A stretch of 64,000 bases of DNA, from assembly GCA_030704615.1 (NCBI GenBank), contig CM060731.1, positions 63,550,001 to 63,614,000 of the forward strand. The letters are read 5' to 3'. A model generated the notes under the pieces. The model had not been told where the DNA came from. It searched no databases and saw only the letters and a program-made list of their open reading frames with translations. Positions 38,899 to 49,757 of this stretch are shown piece by piece. A program made the translations under genes and the position numbers. Numbering within the stretch: the first letter of the stretch is position 1; the number at the start of each line of letters is the position of its first letter. Source of the stretch: Takakia lepidozioides (Eukaryota > Plantae > Bryophyta).

Positions 38899-40269
38899 AA
38901 TTAACTGAGCCTTACTTTGGGTCTTTCCAGAGTTTGCCAGTATGTCACGTTTCTTGGGGCATAAAGGAGGTGAGCGTAAAAGAGACGCAAGCTACACTAC
39001 AAAAAACTATTACTTGGACCAAGAAGTCCAGGAAAAGAAAGTAAATTGTTCTCTTTTCTCCTAGATAATGATTTCAATACTTGGTCACTTATTCAATTTT
39101 GATAATGAGCAAATTTTTGTAAGCTCCACTTACTATATAGTCATTAATGCAACTTACTTGATGTAATATGTTAGGCTAATTCATTAGTCATGACTATGTT
39201 TGTTACAGGCAAGAATGGATTAAAGCTTGCATTGATGCCGGCATCCACCTAAGAAAGCTGAAAACACCACTAAAAACCCGGTTTGCTTCTAAGGTCATTC
39301 TTTTTAAAGAAACATTTGGAGTTCAAAGATGCGATCAATTTATGTTATTCTAAGAAAAACTATGCATTACATCTCGAGTACCAAGTATGAAAACTCAGGT
39401 TGTTGTGAAAAAAAACAGTGATACCTTCACCCTCGTAGTACACATATGCATAATGGGTCAGAGTAGAAGTTACTGGTTCTTGTCTGACGCACTTGCCACT
39501 GCCTTAACCTTGTGTGTTCAGATGCACAATTCTTTTGTAGAGAAGGGCTTGACCAATGTCATTTTGGAAGCAACAATTTTGATTCAGAGTTGGTGGTTTT
39601 ATAGGCACAGATGATGAATGAGGTTATTAATTACCCTTGCACCATTTCGAAAATTTGCCATTACATTATCAATTATTCACACTCACAATATTTTAGCACT
39701 AATGCTCGACCCACGGCATAAGGGTTTATGTTTGCAGATTGATTATGTAGCAGAGAGAGGGCAATGACCTTGGTAGAAGAGTATGGTCCACCAAGGTTCT
39801 TCTACCCTTTTTGGCGACAACTTTTAAGTGGTTGAATCTAAATTTGCAAGCAAACAATGGTCATGTTCTTGGCCCCATTAATATAGCCATCAGTTTTGAT
39901 ATAGACAATTCTTTGTTTGGGTCCGTAGCCACAAGTGATGAGCCAATTATTGCCCATGTAAATTCCGAGTTATCTTTGTTTCAAGGTCTTCCAGTTAAAC
40001 CAGATAAGTGTATCAAACTGTTGGTATGGTGGAAGAACTCAAATGAGACATTTGCTCATGTTGGGTTCATTGCAAGTCCAATCATGGGAATGCCAAGAAG
40101 TCAAATTGAATGTGAATGCATCTTTAGCATAGCAGATGTGATCACAAGTCTACGCCGATGTCGCTTGGGAGTAAATGTGTTTTTCACTTTAGAAGACAAC
40201 ATAATTACTGATAATGAGGATCTGATTATGCAAATGGGTTTGAAGATGAGTTTGACGAGTATGACCTAG
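38899..40269 (+). pseudogene. hAT transposase C-terminal part including the dimerisation (hATC) domain
   Basis: LTEPYFG...KEVSVKETQATLQKTITWTKKSRKR, then an intron at 39041-39208 (GT..AG), then QEWIKAC...KLKTPLKTRFASKVILF, ALMLDPRHK and LVWWK...SQIECECIFSIADVITSLRRCRLG. Confidence 0.9.
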
Positions 40270-40599
40270 GTTTTGTACAGGTTTTGGTCAATTATAGTTT
40301 AATCCTCTTTGCATGTTCGACATATATAGGTGTGGGTTTGAGGGGTAGGTAGTTGGACATTGACATATATGTAGAATTATATGCTAAAGTCCAAATGAAT
40401 GAAAATTTAGAGAGTTGAATCTAGGATTATTTGAGGTTTGAGAGAAGTGAATAGAGCATTTCAGAAATGGCATATTTATAGAGGTTCGAGGAGAATTTTA
40501 GGTGTATTTAGAATTGATTCTTACACATGTTCAAAGGGCGTGTAAAATATATTGGCATTGTCATGCGCATGCATATCGCTACACAACTACATCGCTGTC

Positions 40600-41475
40600 C
40601 AAAACCACACAATACATGTGCATACCACACACTAGTATACCACTAGTCCAGCCACTAGTCCAACCACTGGGCTGCCACTATACAGTCTTTAGTCCACCAC
40701 AATCGGCCCTCTAGCTGGTGCTTAGGTCCCTCTAAGTCCAGATAACCACAAGATGTGATAGTGACCATAGCCTCACTAAGTCCTCCACCACTGTCCCTAC
40801 TACACTCAAACTCGATAGATCAAGAGGCCGGGTACAAGAGTAGCCCCATCGTTAGTGGCCGTCTTGCAACCTGTGAACTTGAGCCTGAGATCTCGTGTAT
40901 TGACTCCCATGAGCTTGGCCTTGCATGTCTTGTTAGCTGCCACTGGTCATATCCACTACAGGACTCTACCCAAGCAGTGTGGACATAACCAATCTCCATC
41001 ATGAACCTTCTCAAGAGGTGATGTCAAACATCCTATGTGCCAACCTCTTGAACATCGATCACATACCAGCATAGTGACTGCCCCTTTAGCAGACCCACAC
41101 AACATGCACCTCAAACCTGCAGGTACCACTGCCAAGTTTGGGTCAATCCTGCCATCAACATTGGGAAGGTGACATAGAGCACAATTACGCACATGGTCCT
41201 TCGAAGTCATGCCATCCCGACCCTCCAAGATCAGGACTCCTGAGGGCAATACATCTCGAACCCTCAGAATAACACACCTTGCAGTCACATCTAGGTGTCC
41301 ATTTTGCAAGCTATACTTGCGCAAACCCCTCTTCACCATCTGAACAACTCTCTCTGCCAAGCCATCGGCCTCATGATGATTCCGAGAGGTGGTACGGTGG
41401 TCTATCAAAGCTTTATCACACAAAGTCTGAAACTCCCCCAAGAACTCTCTCCCCTGGTCCGTAACGCAGACTGAT
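40600..41475 (-). mobile_element. Gypsy 3' remnant: partial integrase core, C-terminal PHD finger, PPT and start of the 3' LTR
   Basis: ORF 40956-41663 has TDQGREF...ADGLAERVVQMVKRGL, then CMLC...CDRC...WHIGC...WLCPHC (C4HC3). Purine-rich AGAGGGCCGA is followed by TGTGGTGG starting at 40701 (-). Confidence 0.85.
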
Positions 41476-41886
41476 CTACGGAAAGACAAGCCATGATGGT
41501 TATGTATGTTGGTTGTCTTAGTTCGAACCAAGGGTGTCCGTCGTGCTTCGAGGAAATGGGATATGTCAGACTTCTCATGTGGCTGCCAATCTGGCAGCAG
41601 AAAAGTATCCAAAAACAAATCACAGAGACAAGGAGAAGCTTTGGAAGGATTTTTTTTTTTCAACTCCAGGCAATGGTGGGAGAATCAAGGCGAAAAGGGG
41701 AATGTCTATTAGATTGTAGAGAAGGAGACAAGAAGATGCAATGCAAAGCTTTGTTGAAATGGTCATCCTCTCTCTGGAGCCCAGCACATTTTCAAAGTCT
41801 TGGGAGCAATTCAGCATCGGAACTAATGCATGATAAGTAGGGCGGGGGTGGTTGCTGGAACAATTAATCTAGGGTGTCAGTGTTAG

Positions 41887-42300
41887 GGATAGCTGATGTA
41901 GCAAGGATAGAGTGTGGGTCCAAATTTATCTAAGAAGGTTGGATTTCAAGCACACAATCACCTCTGATTCCCTGTGGATCGATAGCTACAACAAACCTGC
42001 ATGGATAGATGGTCCACTCGACGCAGCGGCGGCAGCGGGACAGTTCATAAAATTAGGCACCTTGACCATGATGACCACACTTTCCGAAAGAGCACCAAGA
42101 GAGGGAGTCTGCAACGCCACTTCTGGCACTTCTAGGCATGTGAGGATACTCTGTGAGGCAGGGCCACTCAAAGAGGCTCTATAGACTTTACACCAAAGTG
42201 GCATGTCAGCAGATTCAGATACTTATGTCCATCCTTTGCATAAGTGCATCAGGATGAAAGGCCTGGAGGCTGGAAAGCAGGTACACACTCACATTATCCA
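41887..42300 (+). pseudogene. PLS-class PPR 5' fragment, copy 3
   Basis: Homologous to 28884-29290: VWVQIYLRRLDFKHTITSDSLW...ILCEAGPLKEAL*...KCIRMKGLEAGKQVHTHII. Confidence 0.85.
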
Positions 42301-43320
42301 ATGGGGATGGCAGAAACTTCCAGCAATCTTGTTCCTGAGTTCTTCAAAGATCCTTTAGAATGGTGGGACTGTAGCATAGTTGACAAGGTGAGCTTTCTTC
42401 ATGTAGGATGATGACGGAGTTTGACCGAACTCTGGTAAGATTGTATTGTGTGGACTGGATTGTACCCCTAGTTCTTGAATCATGTTAGAATCTAGCTTTG
42501 CCCTGCAAAAACTGCATTTACTGTCCATATTGAGGTTGTTCTTCATGAGCAGGGCATGAAAGTAGGATTTGCAAGGTCTTTTCCCTGGAGTTTGCATTGT
42601 ACTTAGGAGGGTTGAGACTGTCTACTCAGCTGATCCTTGGTCGATTTCACAAACCACTTCAAAATCTCTTGACTACTGATGTAAGCTGGTTTAGCATCTG
42701 TATAAGTAAGTTGGACATGTTAATATGTTCCTCATTGTGTAGAGTCCAATGGAGGCCAAAGTGACTTGCATGAATGTTGTTAAGATTCACTCCTCTGTAA
42801 AGAAAATTGTCAAAATGTTGATGTTGTCGATTTTCCGGCACAAAGGTCTACTGTGGAGCATGGAGCAGAGCTAGCATGAATTTTTGATAGATCGAGTGGG
42901 ACTTCATGTATGTCCTGAAGAAGTTTGTCCATCCTGCAAATGTGCGGGAGGGTCAGGTTGGTCTTAGGATGCCGAGTTCAAATCTATGGCTTCTAAGCTG
43001 CACCATGCTGATTCTATACATGATTAGTGCAGATCTGGCAGGGATAGCTGAAGGAGCAGGGATAAAGTGTGGGTCCACTCCTGCAGCTATTCCTGCCTGA
43101 TCTCACCCTCCGCTGACATGAATGCCAAATGTGGGCGCAAGGCTTCAGGATCAGCCGCAAGATCTTTAAAGTTGGTGAACAGAGGTGTAGGGACAATTCT
43201 TGATCCTCTTGAAGAGGGTCACTCTCTGGTGAGAATAATCCGGACAATGTATCACAATTTTGTCTTCTAACCATTTATTCTCTAACTAGAAGACTTTAGT
43301 ATTTTATTTGCCTACTACCC

Positions 43321-44752
43321 TGAAATCTAGACTCGGGGTGGGAAGCCCACCTTTGAACAAAAAAACAGATAGAGAGAATAAGGGCCCCAGGTTTGTGTCA
43401 GCTGTGAAGATTGGACAATGGTCCAAGAATTAGAACCGGCCCACCAAGAACAGGGAAAACCCAATTAAGGCTAAGAAGACGGTGCCCAAAACTAGACACC
43501 CCATTTATGGGGAGATTAATTAATGGATGGTCCAGTTAGAGTCCAAGTGTCAAGTGGTGGGAGTAGGGGTGATTAGGGTATGACATGTGTCCCGGGTGGG
43601 AGCCTCAAAGGGATCGGGCACTCCATGGCCGCGTGAGGGGGATCGGGCCCACCGGCCTGAAAGGCCATATAAGGGAGGTGAATGCCCTCCTCTTTACTAC
43701 TCTAGTAGAGAGAGAGAGAGAGGACTCTAGCGGAAGCCGACGTACTTGAGAGCCACTCTACTCTAGTATCTATTAGTAAGTACCTTACTTGCTACTTATT
43801 GGTGGGCTCTTAGGCCCTCCAGAAAAATGCAAAAGAGGGCATAAACCATACCTATATTGATTAATAGAATAGTACTATAGCTGAATAAAATAAAACCCCC
43901 ATGTCCCAAATTCTGGCAGGGGCAATTCCTAAAGGTCGAAAAAAGGGAGAGGATTAGAACGACCAATGGGGAGCGAGAGCGCGCTTGTTGGAATGGGTGA
44001 AATGTGAGGCCAAGTGTATAGGCTAGCATAGAAATAGGAGGCAGGCCTTCCTTAGGCCTTCCTTTTAGTTCTAGAGCTTTCCAGAAATAGGATGAGGCCC
44101 TGGGGCCTTAAGGCCTTGCTTGTACAGGCTAGCAGAGAAGTAGGAAGGTGGGCCCTCCTTCTAGTTCTAGAGCTTTCCACAAGCATGATGAGGCGGTGGG
44201 CTTCTTTGAGAAGGCTCCACGGCCTTGAGACACTATATAAAGAGTAAGGGCTGCGTTTTCCTGGGTTTCTTCCGCCTCCACCTCACATTGGTGGGCTCGG
44301 CAAGGAGGGGCACACTTAGGAAATGTATATTTGGAACCTAACCTATCTCAAATGAATAGAAATAACCTGGGTTGGAACCCATGAATATAGTAAAGACAAT
44401 ACCATATGTATTCACGGATTGGAGCTTCACTAATTGTACTTGTAAGAAGTTCACACTTCTTTTCATTTTTCATTTTAATTTCATATGACATGGTTGTGTG
44501 AAAGGTCAAAAATCTGTCAACCTGTCATGTGAAAGGCATTTTCTCAAAGTTGTTTGTCATAGTGAAAGTCAAAAGAAAAATTAACCGGCCACAAAAAATG
44601 TAGGGCTACTGTCAAAAAACAACACTGGTGGGCTGTTTCTAATTCCTGGACCATTGTCCAATCTTCCCACATGAGACAAACCTAGGGCCCTTATTCTCTC
44701 TTTCAGTTTTTTTTGTTCAAAGGTGGGCTACCCACCCCAAGTCTAGATTTCA
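43321..44752. mobile_element. Non-autonomous DNA transposon with ~125-bp terminal inverted repeats
   Basis: TGAAATCTAGACTCGGGGTGGGAAGCCCACCTTTGAACAAAAAAA... (43321-43446) is the inverse of ...TTTTTTTGTTCAAAGGTGGGCTACCCACCCCAAGTCTAGATTTCA (44627-44752). No ORF and no clear TSD. Confidence 0.8.
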
Positions 44753-44853
44753 CTAATTCACATCGGACATATAGCGACATAAGTTTTCAAGTTATTTAAC
44801 AGTTTGGAAAAAATGATTGTAACGTTACATTAATGACAATTTTTTTATTTGCC

Positions 44854-45078
44854 TGAAATCTACACCAACAGTCAGTAGCTCAGTTGGTAAAGTGCACTGA
44901 GTGCCATCCGGATGACCCTGGGGTCAAATCCTGCTACTTGACAGGTGTGGAAAGCTCTTCTCCCCCTTCCCTGCGCAGTGTCGCATCGGAAAACCTTACG
45001 GCGAGGTTACTGAGAGGTTATTTTCTCCTCTCTCTATCAAGGGGCCTGATTTGTGAGCTGTCGCTCCCAGGTGTTTCC

Positions 45079-45115
<37 letters not shown>

Positions 45116-45665
45116 AATCTACACTCGGGGTGACAAAAAATCAAAAAAAGAGAGAGAGAGGATGAGGCCCCATGTTTGTGTCAGGTGTGAAGAAACGCCC
45201 CCCAGAACAGGGAAAACCCCAATTAAGGCTAAGAAGAGGGTGCGCAAAACTAGACACCCCATTTATGGGGAGATTAATTCATGGATGGTCCCTGTGGGAA
45301 GTTAGAGTATTGGTATGACATGTGTCGGGGGTGAGCGGCCTTCTCAAAGGCTCCACGGCCCTCCATGGGGTCAGGCCCACCGCCTTGAAAGGCTATACCG
45401 TCCCTGGACAACCGTTTAGGCATTTTTGCGCCTAATAATAAATTCAATCAATCAGCAAATTAGGCACTTTTTGAAAACCATTTCTCACATTAGGACGTTG
45501 TCCGAGGACGGTATAAGGGAGGGAGGTGAATGCCCTCCTCTTTATTACTCTAGTATCTATTAATAAGTACCTACTTACTACTTATTGGTGGGCTCTGTCA
45601 GCATGCCCCCAGAAAAATGCAAAAGAGGACATAAACCATAGAACACTACCTATAGCTGGAATAGT
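44854..45665 (+). mobile_element. Second, partial copy of the long-TIR element (interrupted by a SINE)
   Basis: TGAAATCTACAC|SINE|TCGGGGTG. 45160-45660 repeats 43380-43885 (e.g. AAAACTAGACACCCCATTTATGGGGAGATTAATT). Confidence 0.75.
44866..45115 (+). mobile_element. tRNA-derived SINE, full length
   Basis: A box TAGCTCAGTTGG at 44876-44887, B box GGTCAAATCC at 44922-44931, A33 tail at 45082-45114, TSD AATCTACAC at 44857-44865 and 45116-45124. Confidence 0.92.
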
Positions 45666-45851
45666 CCTCCTCGGTTGCAGGACTACCTATTGGCTGCTGG
45701 GTCTATTGCCCTAGATTTATGCTCCCTGGTCTTCTGGTTCTTAGCAGTTGTTTTTTCTTCAGGGAACCATGGTAGGTTGTTTGCTGCCTGGCGTGGTTGC
45801 TCTGGGAGGATCCCCTCGATTGTTTTGCCATGGCCCTCGTGAGGTTATTTT

Positions 45852-46939
45852 CAATGTTGGGCGGTTATTTAAATTTCTCTCTACTACCCGGCAGTTACCT
45901 ATCCGGCTATATATATATATGACCGGCGGAGGTGAAAAAATGAAATAATCGGTCCAGTTAGGAACCGGCGGAGGTCAAGCATTAAAATAACCAAGCAAAG
46001 AACTTTTTAAAGAACCTCCAAATGAAAACCGCCGGTTATTTGAGATTTTTGCAAGTAATTGCAACCGCAGGTTATATCTAGCCATACAAAATTGAGGTTG
46101 GGTAGCGCATGAGCATGCTCACGTGAGCACAAGGGCAGAATTTGCACGAAATTTCCACTGCAAAACGAATTTGACGAAACTAAAAACTATGCGAAAACTA
46201 ACACATAGAGAACACGTAGCCCCTATACCCGATGAGCATGTTACCCTAATAGGCATGGCGTTTCTCCATAACATGCACGAGAGAGTGTGTGGTGAGGCTT
46301 CAACTGAAATTGCAGGTCCTCGCCCATAGCTAATTTCTCACGGAAGGAATATGTACCACACAACCTGATAATTTCGCAAGGCGAAACTTTGTACCAACCG
46401 GCCTAACAAGAAATCAACTGTAGTAGAAAGTATGAGAAGGTCAGTATTAAAGTCCGCATCACCAAGCCCATATCACCAAAGTATTTCTCAAAGACTAGTA
46501 AGAGTTTCTCAAAGCGAAACCCACTTCTGCAGAGTATGTCTCAAATACCAGTAAGAGTTTCTCAATGCGAAACCCACTGTTGCATAGGTTTGTGCCCATA
46601 TCACCACATCTTCCTCAATGTGAAAATCGTCGCTGTAGGTTCTTGGCTACTCTACTAAAGTTTTCGCCTCGCGGAATTGGCGCAGATGTACCATATATAT
46701 ATGCACCGGTCCTCTATACCCATTTATGGTTTTATTCTGTTTTGGAAACATATAACTCCTATAACCGAGGTTAGAAAAACATAAAACTCCCATGACCGTG
46801 GGTTGTGCTCACGCTGTGCTCATGCGATACCAACCCCCTACAAAATTTAATAACTGCAACCGCAGGTTAGTAGTTTCCTAAAATTTGAAGCAACCGGAAC
46901 CGCCGGTTATGAAAAAAATCAAATAACCGCCCAACACTG
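45852..46939. mobile_element. hAT-type MITE
   Basis: TIRs CA(A/G)TGTTGGGCGGTTATTT; 8-bp TSD GTTATTTT (45844-45851, 46940-46947); AACCG/CGGTT subterminal motifs. Confidence 0.92.
46094..46838. mobile_element. Mutator-like MITE nested in the hAT MITE
   Basis: Imperfect ~40-bp TIRs (GAGGTTGGGTAGCGCATGAGCA / TGCTCATGCGATACCAACCCCC); 9-bp TSD TACAAAATT (46085-46093, 46839-46847). Confidence 0.88.
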
Positions 46940-47552
46940 GTTATTTTCTCCTCGTTCTATTTTTCATTTGAGTAACAGGAACACCCTCCATATTTTTTGC
47001 AACGAGGGCGGAGCCCCCGAGTGGTTATGGGCGATTCCCAATGAAGCACCACGCCTTGGTTCCACCCCGTGGCAGAGGGCTCATACAAGGGAAGCACCTT
47101 GCCATGGTTCTTTACCTAGCGTAAAGAATTTTTCAAAAGTACACGTGGCAGAAGATAGTGGGCCGTACATGAATAAGGTTACGTTTCGTAAGCACCTTGC
47201 CGCGTTACATGTATAAGCCACTAGTGCTTAGGGTAAGCCAGTGACATGGTGCTGTATTCCAGGAAATAAGACCACCCAAAATACAAAGGGTTTTTAAAAA
47301 AAAAATCTTTAACTAATAGACATTGAAATTGCGCCAAAACTTTGAAGCCAACCACAACAAGGAATAGGGGATTGTTCAGATTATCCTTTGATCCCAGGGC
47401 CTGACTAGGTCCTGTCAAAATACACATCTAGGCTAAATATGGCCAGACATTTGAAAGCATTGCAGAATATTAGTTCTAGAAAAAAGCAACCACTTGTCGT
47501 TACCTGAGGCTTTTTTTCTCTTTTTAATTTTACAATAAGATGAAAAATTCAC

Positions 47553-47597
47553 TATCAAGGGGCCTGATTTGTGAGTTGTCGCTCCCAAGTGTTTCTC
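47553..47597 (+). mobile_element. 3' fragment of the same SINE family
   Basis: TATCAAGGGGCCTGATTTGTGAGTTGTCGCTCCCAAGTGTTTC matches 45035-45077. Confidence 0.75.
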
Positions 47598-47920
47598 TCT
47601 CTATATATATTCCTTGGTGATATGAGCCACTAACTTGCTAAGACACACCATTATAAAACAGGTGAACTAGGAGGCAACTAATGTTTTATCCAACTATGTT
47701 ATCCATTGTCATTTCTTTTCATTATTAAATATAATGATAATAATGTAGGTCTCTCATCCATGCATGAATATATTGTTCAAAGACATGAGGAAAATGTGGG
47801 TAAAGAACCAGTGCAAGGTGCTTGACTTGTTTGAAGCCTAGCGACCCAGGAAAGAATCTTACTAGGTATCAACATTTATATATATCTCCACTTTTTAATA
47901 ATCCATTTAGGGCTCCATTC

Positions 47921-48146
47921 TTTTTTATTTTATTTTATTTTATTTTTAGAAAGGGAATCACCTGGGAGCGACAGCTCACAAATCAGCTCACAAATTAATA
48001 GTGAGAGGAGAAAATAACCTCTTTCACAGTAACCCGCCATGAGGCACCACCCAAGAACCATACCACACTTGTCAGTAGCAAGATTTGACCCCATAATTGT
48101 CTGGGTCGCACTCAGTGCACTTAACCAACTGAGCTACTGACTGTTG
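47921..48146 (-). mobile_element. tRNA-derived SINE, second full copy
   Basis: The reverse complement begins CAACAGTCAGTAGCTCAGTTGGTTAAGTGCACTGAGTGC. It has B box GGTCAAATCT, a 3' GAGCTGTCGCTCCCAGGTG and an A-rich tail at 47921-47947. Confidence 0.88.
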
Positions 48147-48387
48147 GTTCCCTTTCCCCAATACAATAAAATAAAACTAGGGCTTCGCGTTGCTCCGCAC
48201 TACTAGCGACGAATTCTGAGAATTACATTCAATTTGCACAAAAAAGGGTGGGTCTCCGTATTTTATTGTTTGAGGGGGAGTTGAACCCCCTCTTTCTGTA
48301 TTTTCCCCTTGTTTAACATTTGTTTCATCCAGACCAGAAGTCCATTCTTTATATCCTTTCCATCGCTCATCATTTAGTTTCTCAACA

Positions 48388-49757
48388 TTTTTTATTTATT
48401 TTTATTTATTTTTCTTTTGGAAAGGGGATGAAGCCCCAGTCTTTTATTAATAACGGGGACAAAATAAACCCTTGTGGGGCCATAAGGCGATGGTGAGGGA
48501 CGAACCCAGAGTTCTTTTAATGGAGAGAGAACCATCCGAGAGGATGAATGATAAATCCTACAATTGAGAGCTATACGAGGAAAAGTCACGAGCGATAAAA
48601 AAAGCTCGCGAGATGCGAACTCCTGAGTGAGGGCCAGGATTAGAATCGAAGCCAGCAAGCTCAGACTAAGACCTACCATGGCGATCAAGAGAGGAGCAAT
48701 CAAGAACCGAGCGAAAAACATAGCAGAGCTGCCAGGATAGGCAGGGAGCCTCAAAAAGCAACAAGAAAAGAGATTTGGAAGACAACATAGGAGGCAGGGT
48801 AAAAAGACATAGCCAGGGAACCAGAGAGGAGACCAAGAGCGAGGCGACAAAGCAGAGGAAGGACGAACAATAATAGCTATAGCGGCTACCTACATTTCGA
48901 AGCTAAGCCGAGTCGAGCTTTTGCCCTTGAGGTGTTTCCAGTTGATTTCCCTATCAAACTTCGGTGAGTCATGGAAGCGTAATAATTGCCCCTTGCCAAG
49001 AGACTGGTGGGCTCCGGGCCCAGATGACGCTTGACGACGTAGAGCAGCTGCATAAGATGTTGTCCTTCCCCCAGGAGCATTTGAATTTGCTGAAGAGCTG
49101 ATATTCAGCCTCTGGATCCCTGCAGATGTCTACAATCATTTTCGCCCATGCCTTCCTACCCTCAATTTGCACTTCATTGATTGTAGACAAAACAACAAAG
49201 AGACATGTTTTTTCCCTGCTTAGAGTCTAATAACATCTAACTTTCCAGATGTTCCATAGAGAAATGGATCTGAATGCTTCAAAAACTGGACAATGACTGT
49301 GAATGCTGAAGAATGCCATCGTAGTTAAGAAGTTTTGTGGGTTGCGGATAGGGTTCCAGGTTTCCAGATGTGCATGATAGAGGAAAGGCGTGGCCATGTT
49401 TTCGATGGGATACTGCAGCGGAGAAGACAGTGTTCCAGAGTTTCTGTTATCCCCATATTGCAACATTTGCATATCAATGCCTCTAAGAAGGCCAACCAGG
49501 CACCCACTTTGAGTACCCTGTCGGCTACCTGCCAAAGGAAGGCTGCCACTTTGGCCGGTCTTGTCTTAACCCAAATGTTGGCCCATATCAGGTTCCATCT
49601 AGCATGATTCAGGCTGTAGCCTGCCCATTTAGAGGCCAATTTGCCATGAAATTGCTCAGGTTTAAGTAACGAACGGTATGCAGCCCTGGCCGAGTAATTG
49701 AAGAACGAAGGGCAGGTGGTTCCAAAGTTCCATGACCATTCTTTTGGGTCCACCATT
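48388..49757 (-). mobile_element. L1-clade LINE 3' end (zf-RVT region, 3' UTR, A-rich tail)
   Basis: ORF 49325-49768 reads YSARAAY...IWANIW...KVAAFLWQVA...CKCC...ETLEHCLLRC, then LWNIWKVRC. The (TAAA)-type tail is at 48388-48417. The 5' side is cut by an LTR. Confidence 0.88.

Noticed and set aside
44866-44945. Functional tRNA gene
   Set aside because: A and B boxes are present, but there is no clean cloverleaf or T-run terminator. It continues into a body, poly(A) and TSD, so it is a SINE.
48272-48292. GC hairpin GAGGGGG-n7-CCCCCTC as a Helitron 3' end
   Set aside because: No CTRR terminus at the expected distance and no matching 5' TC end identified.
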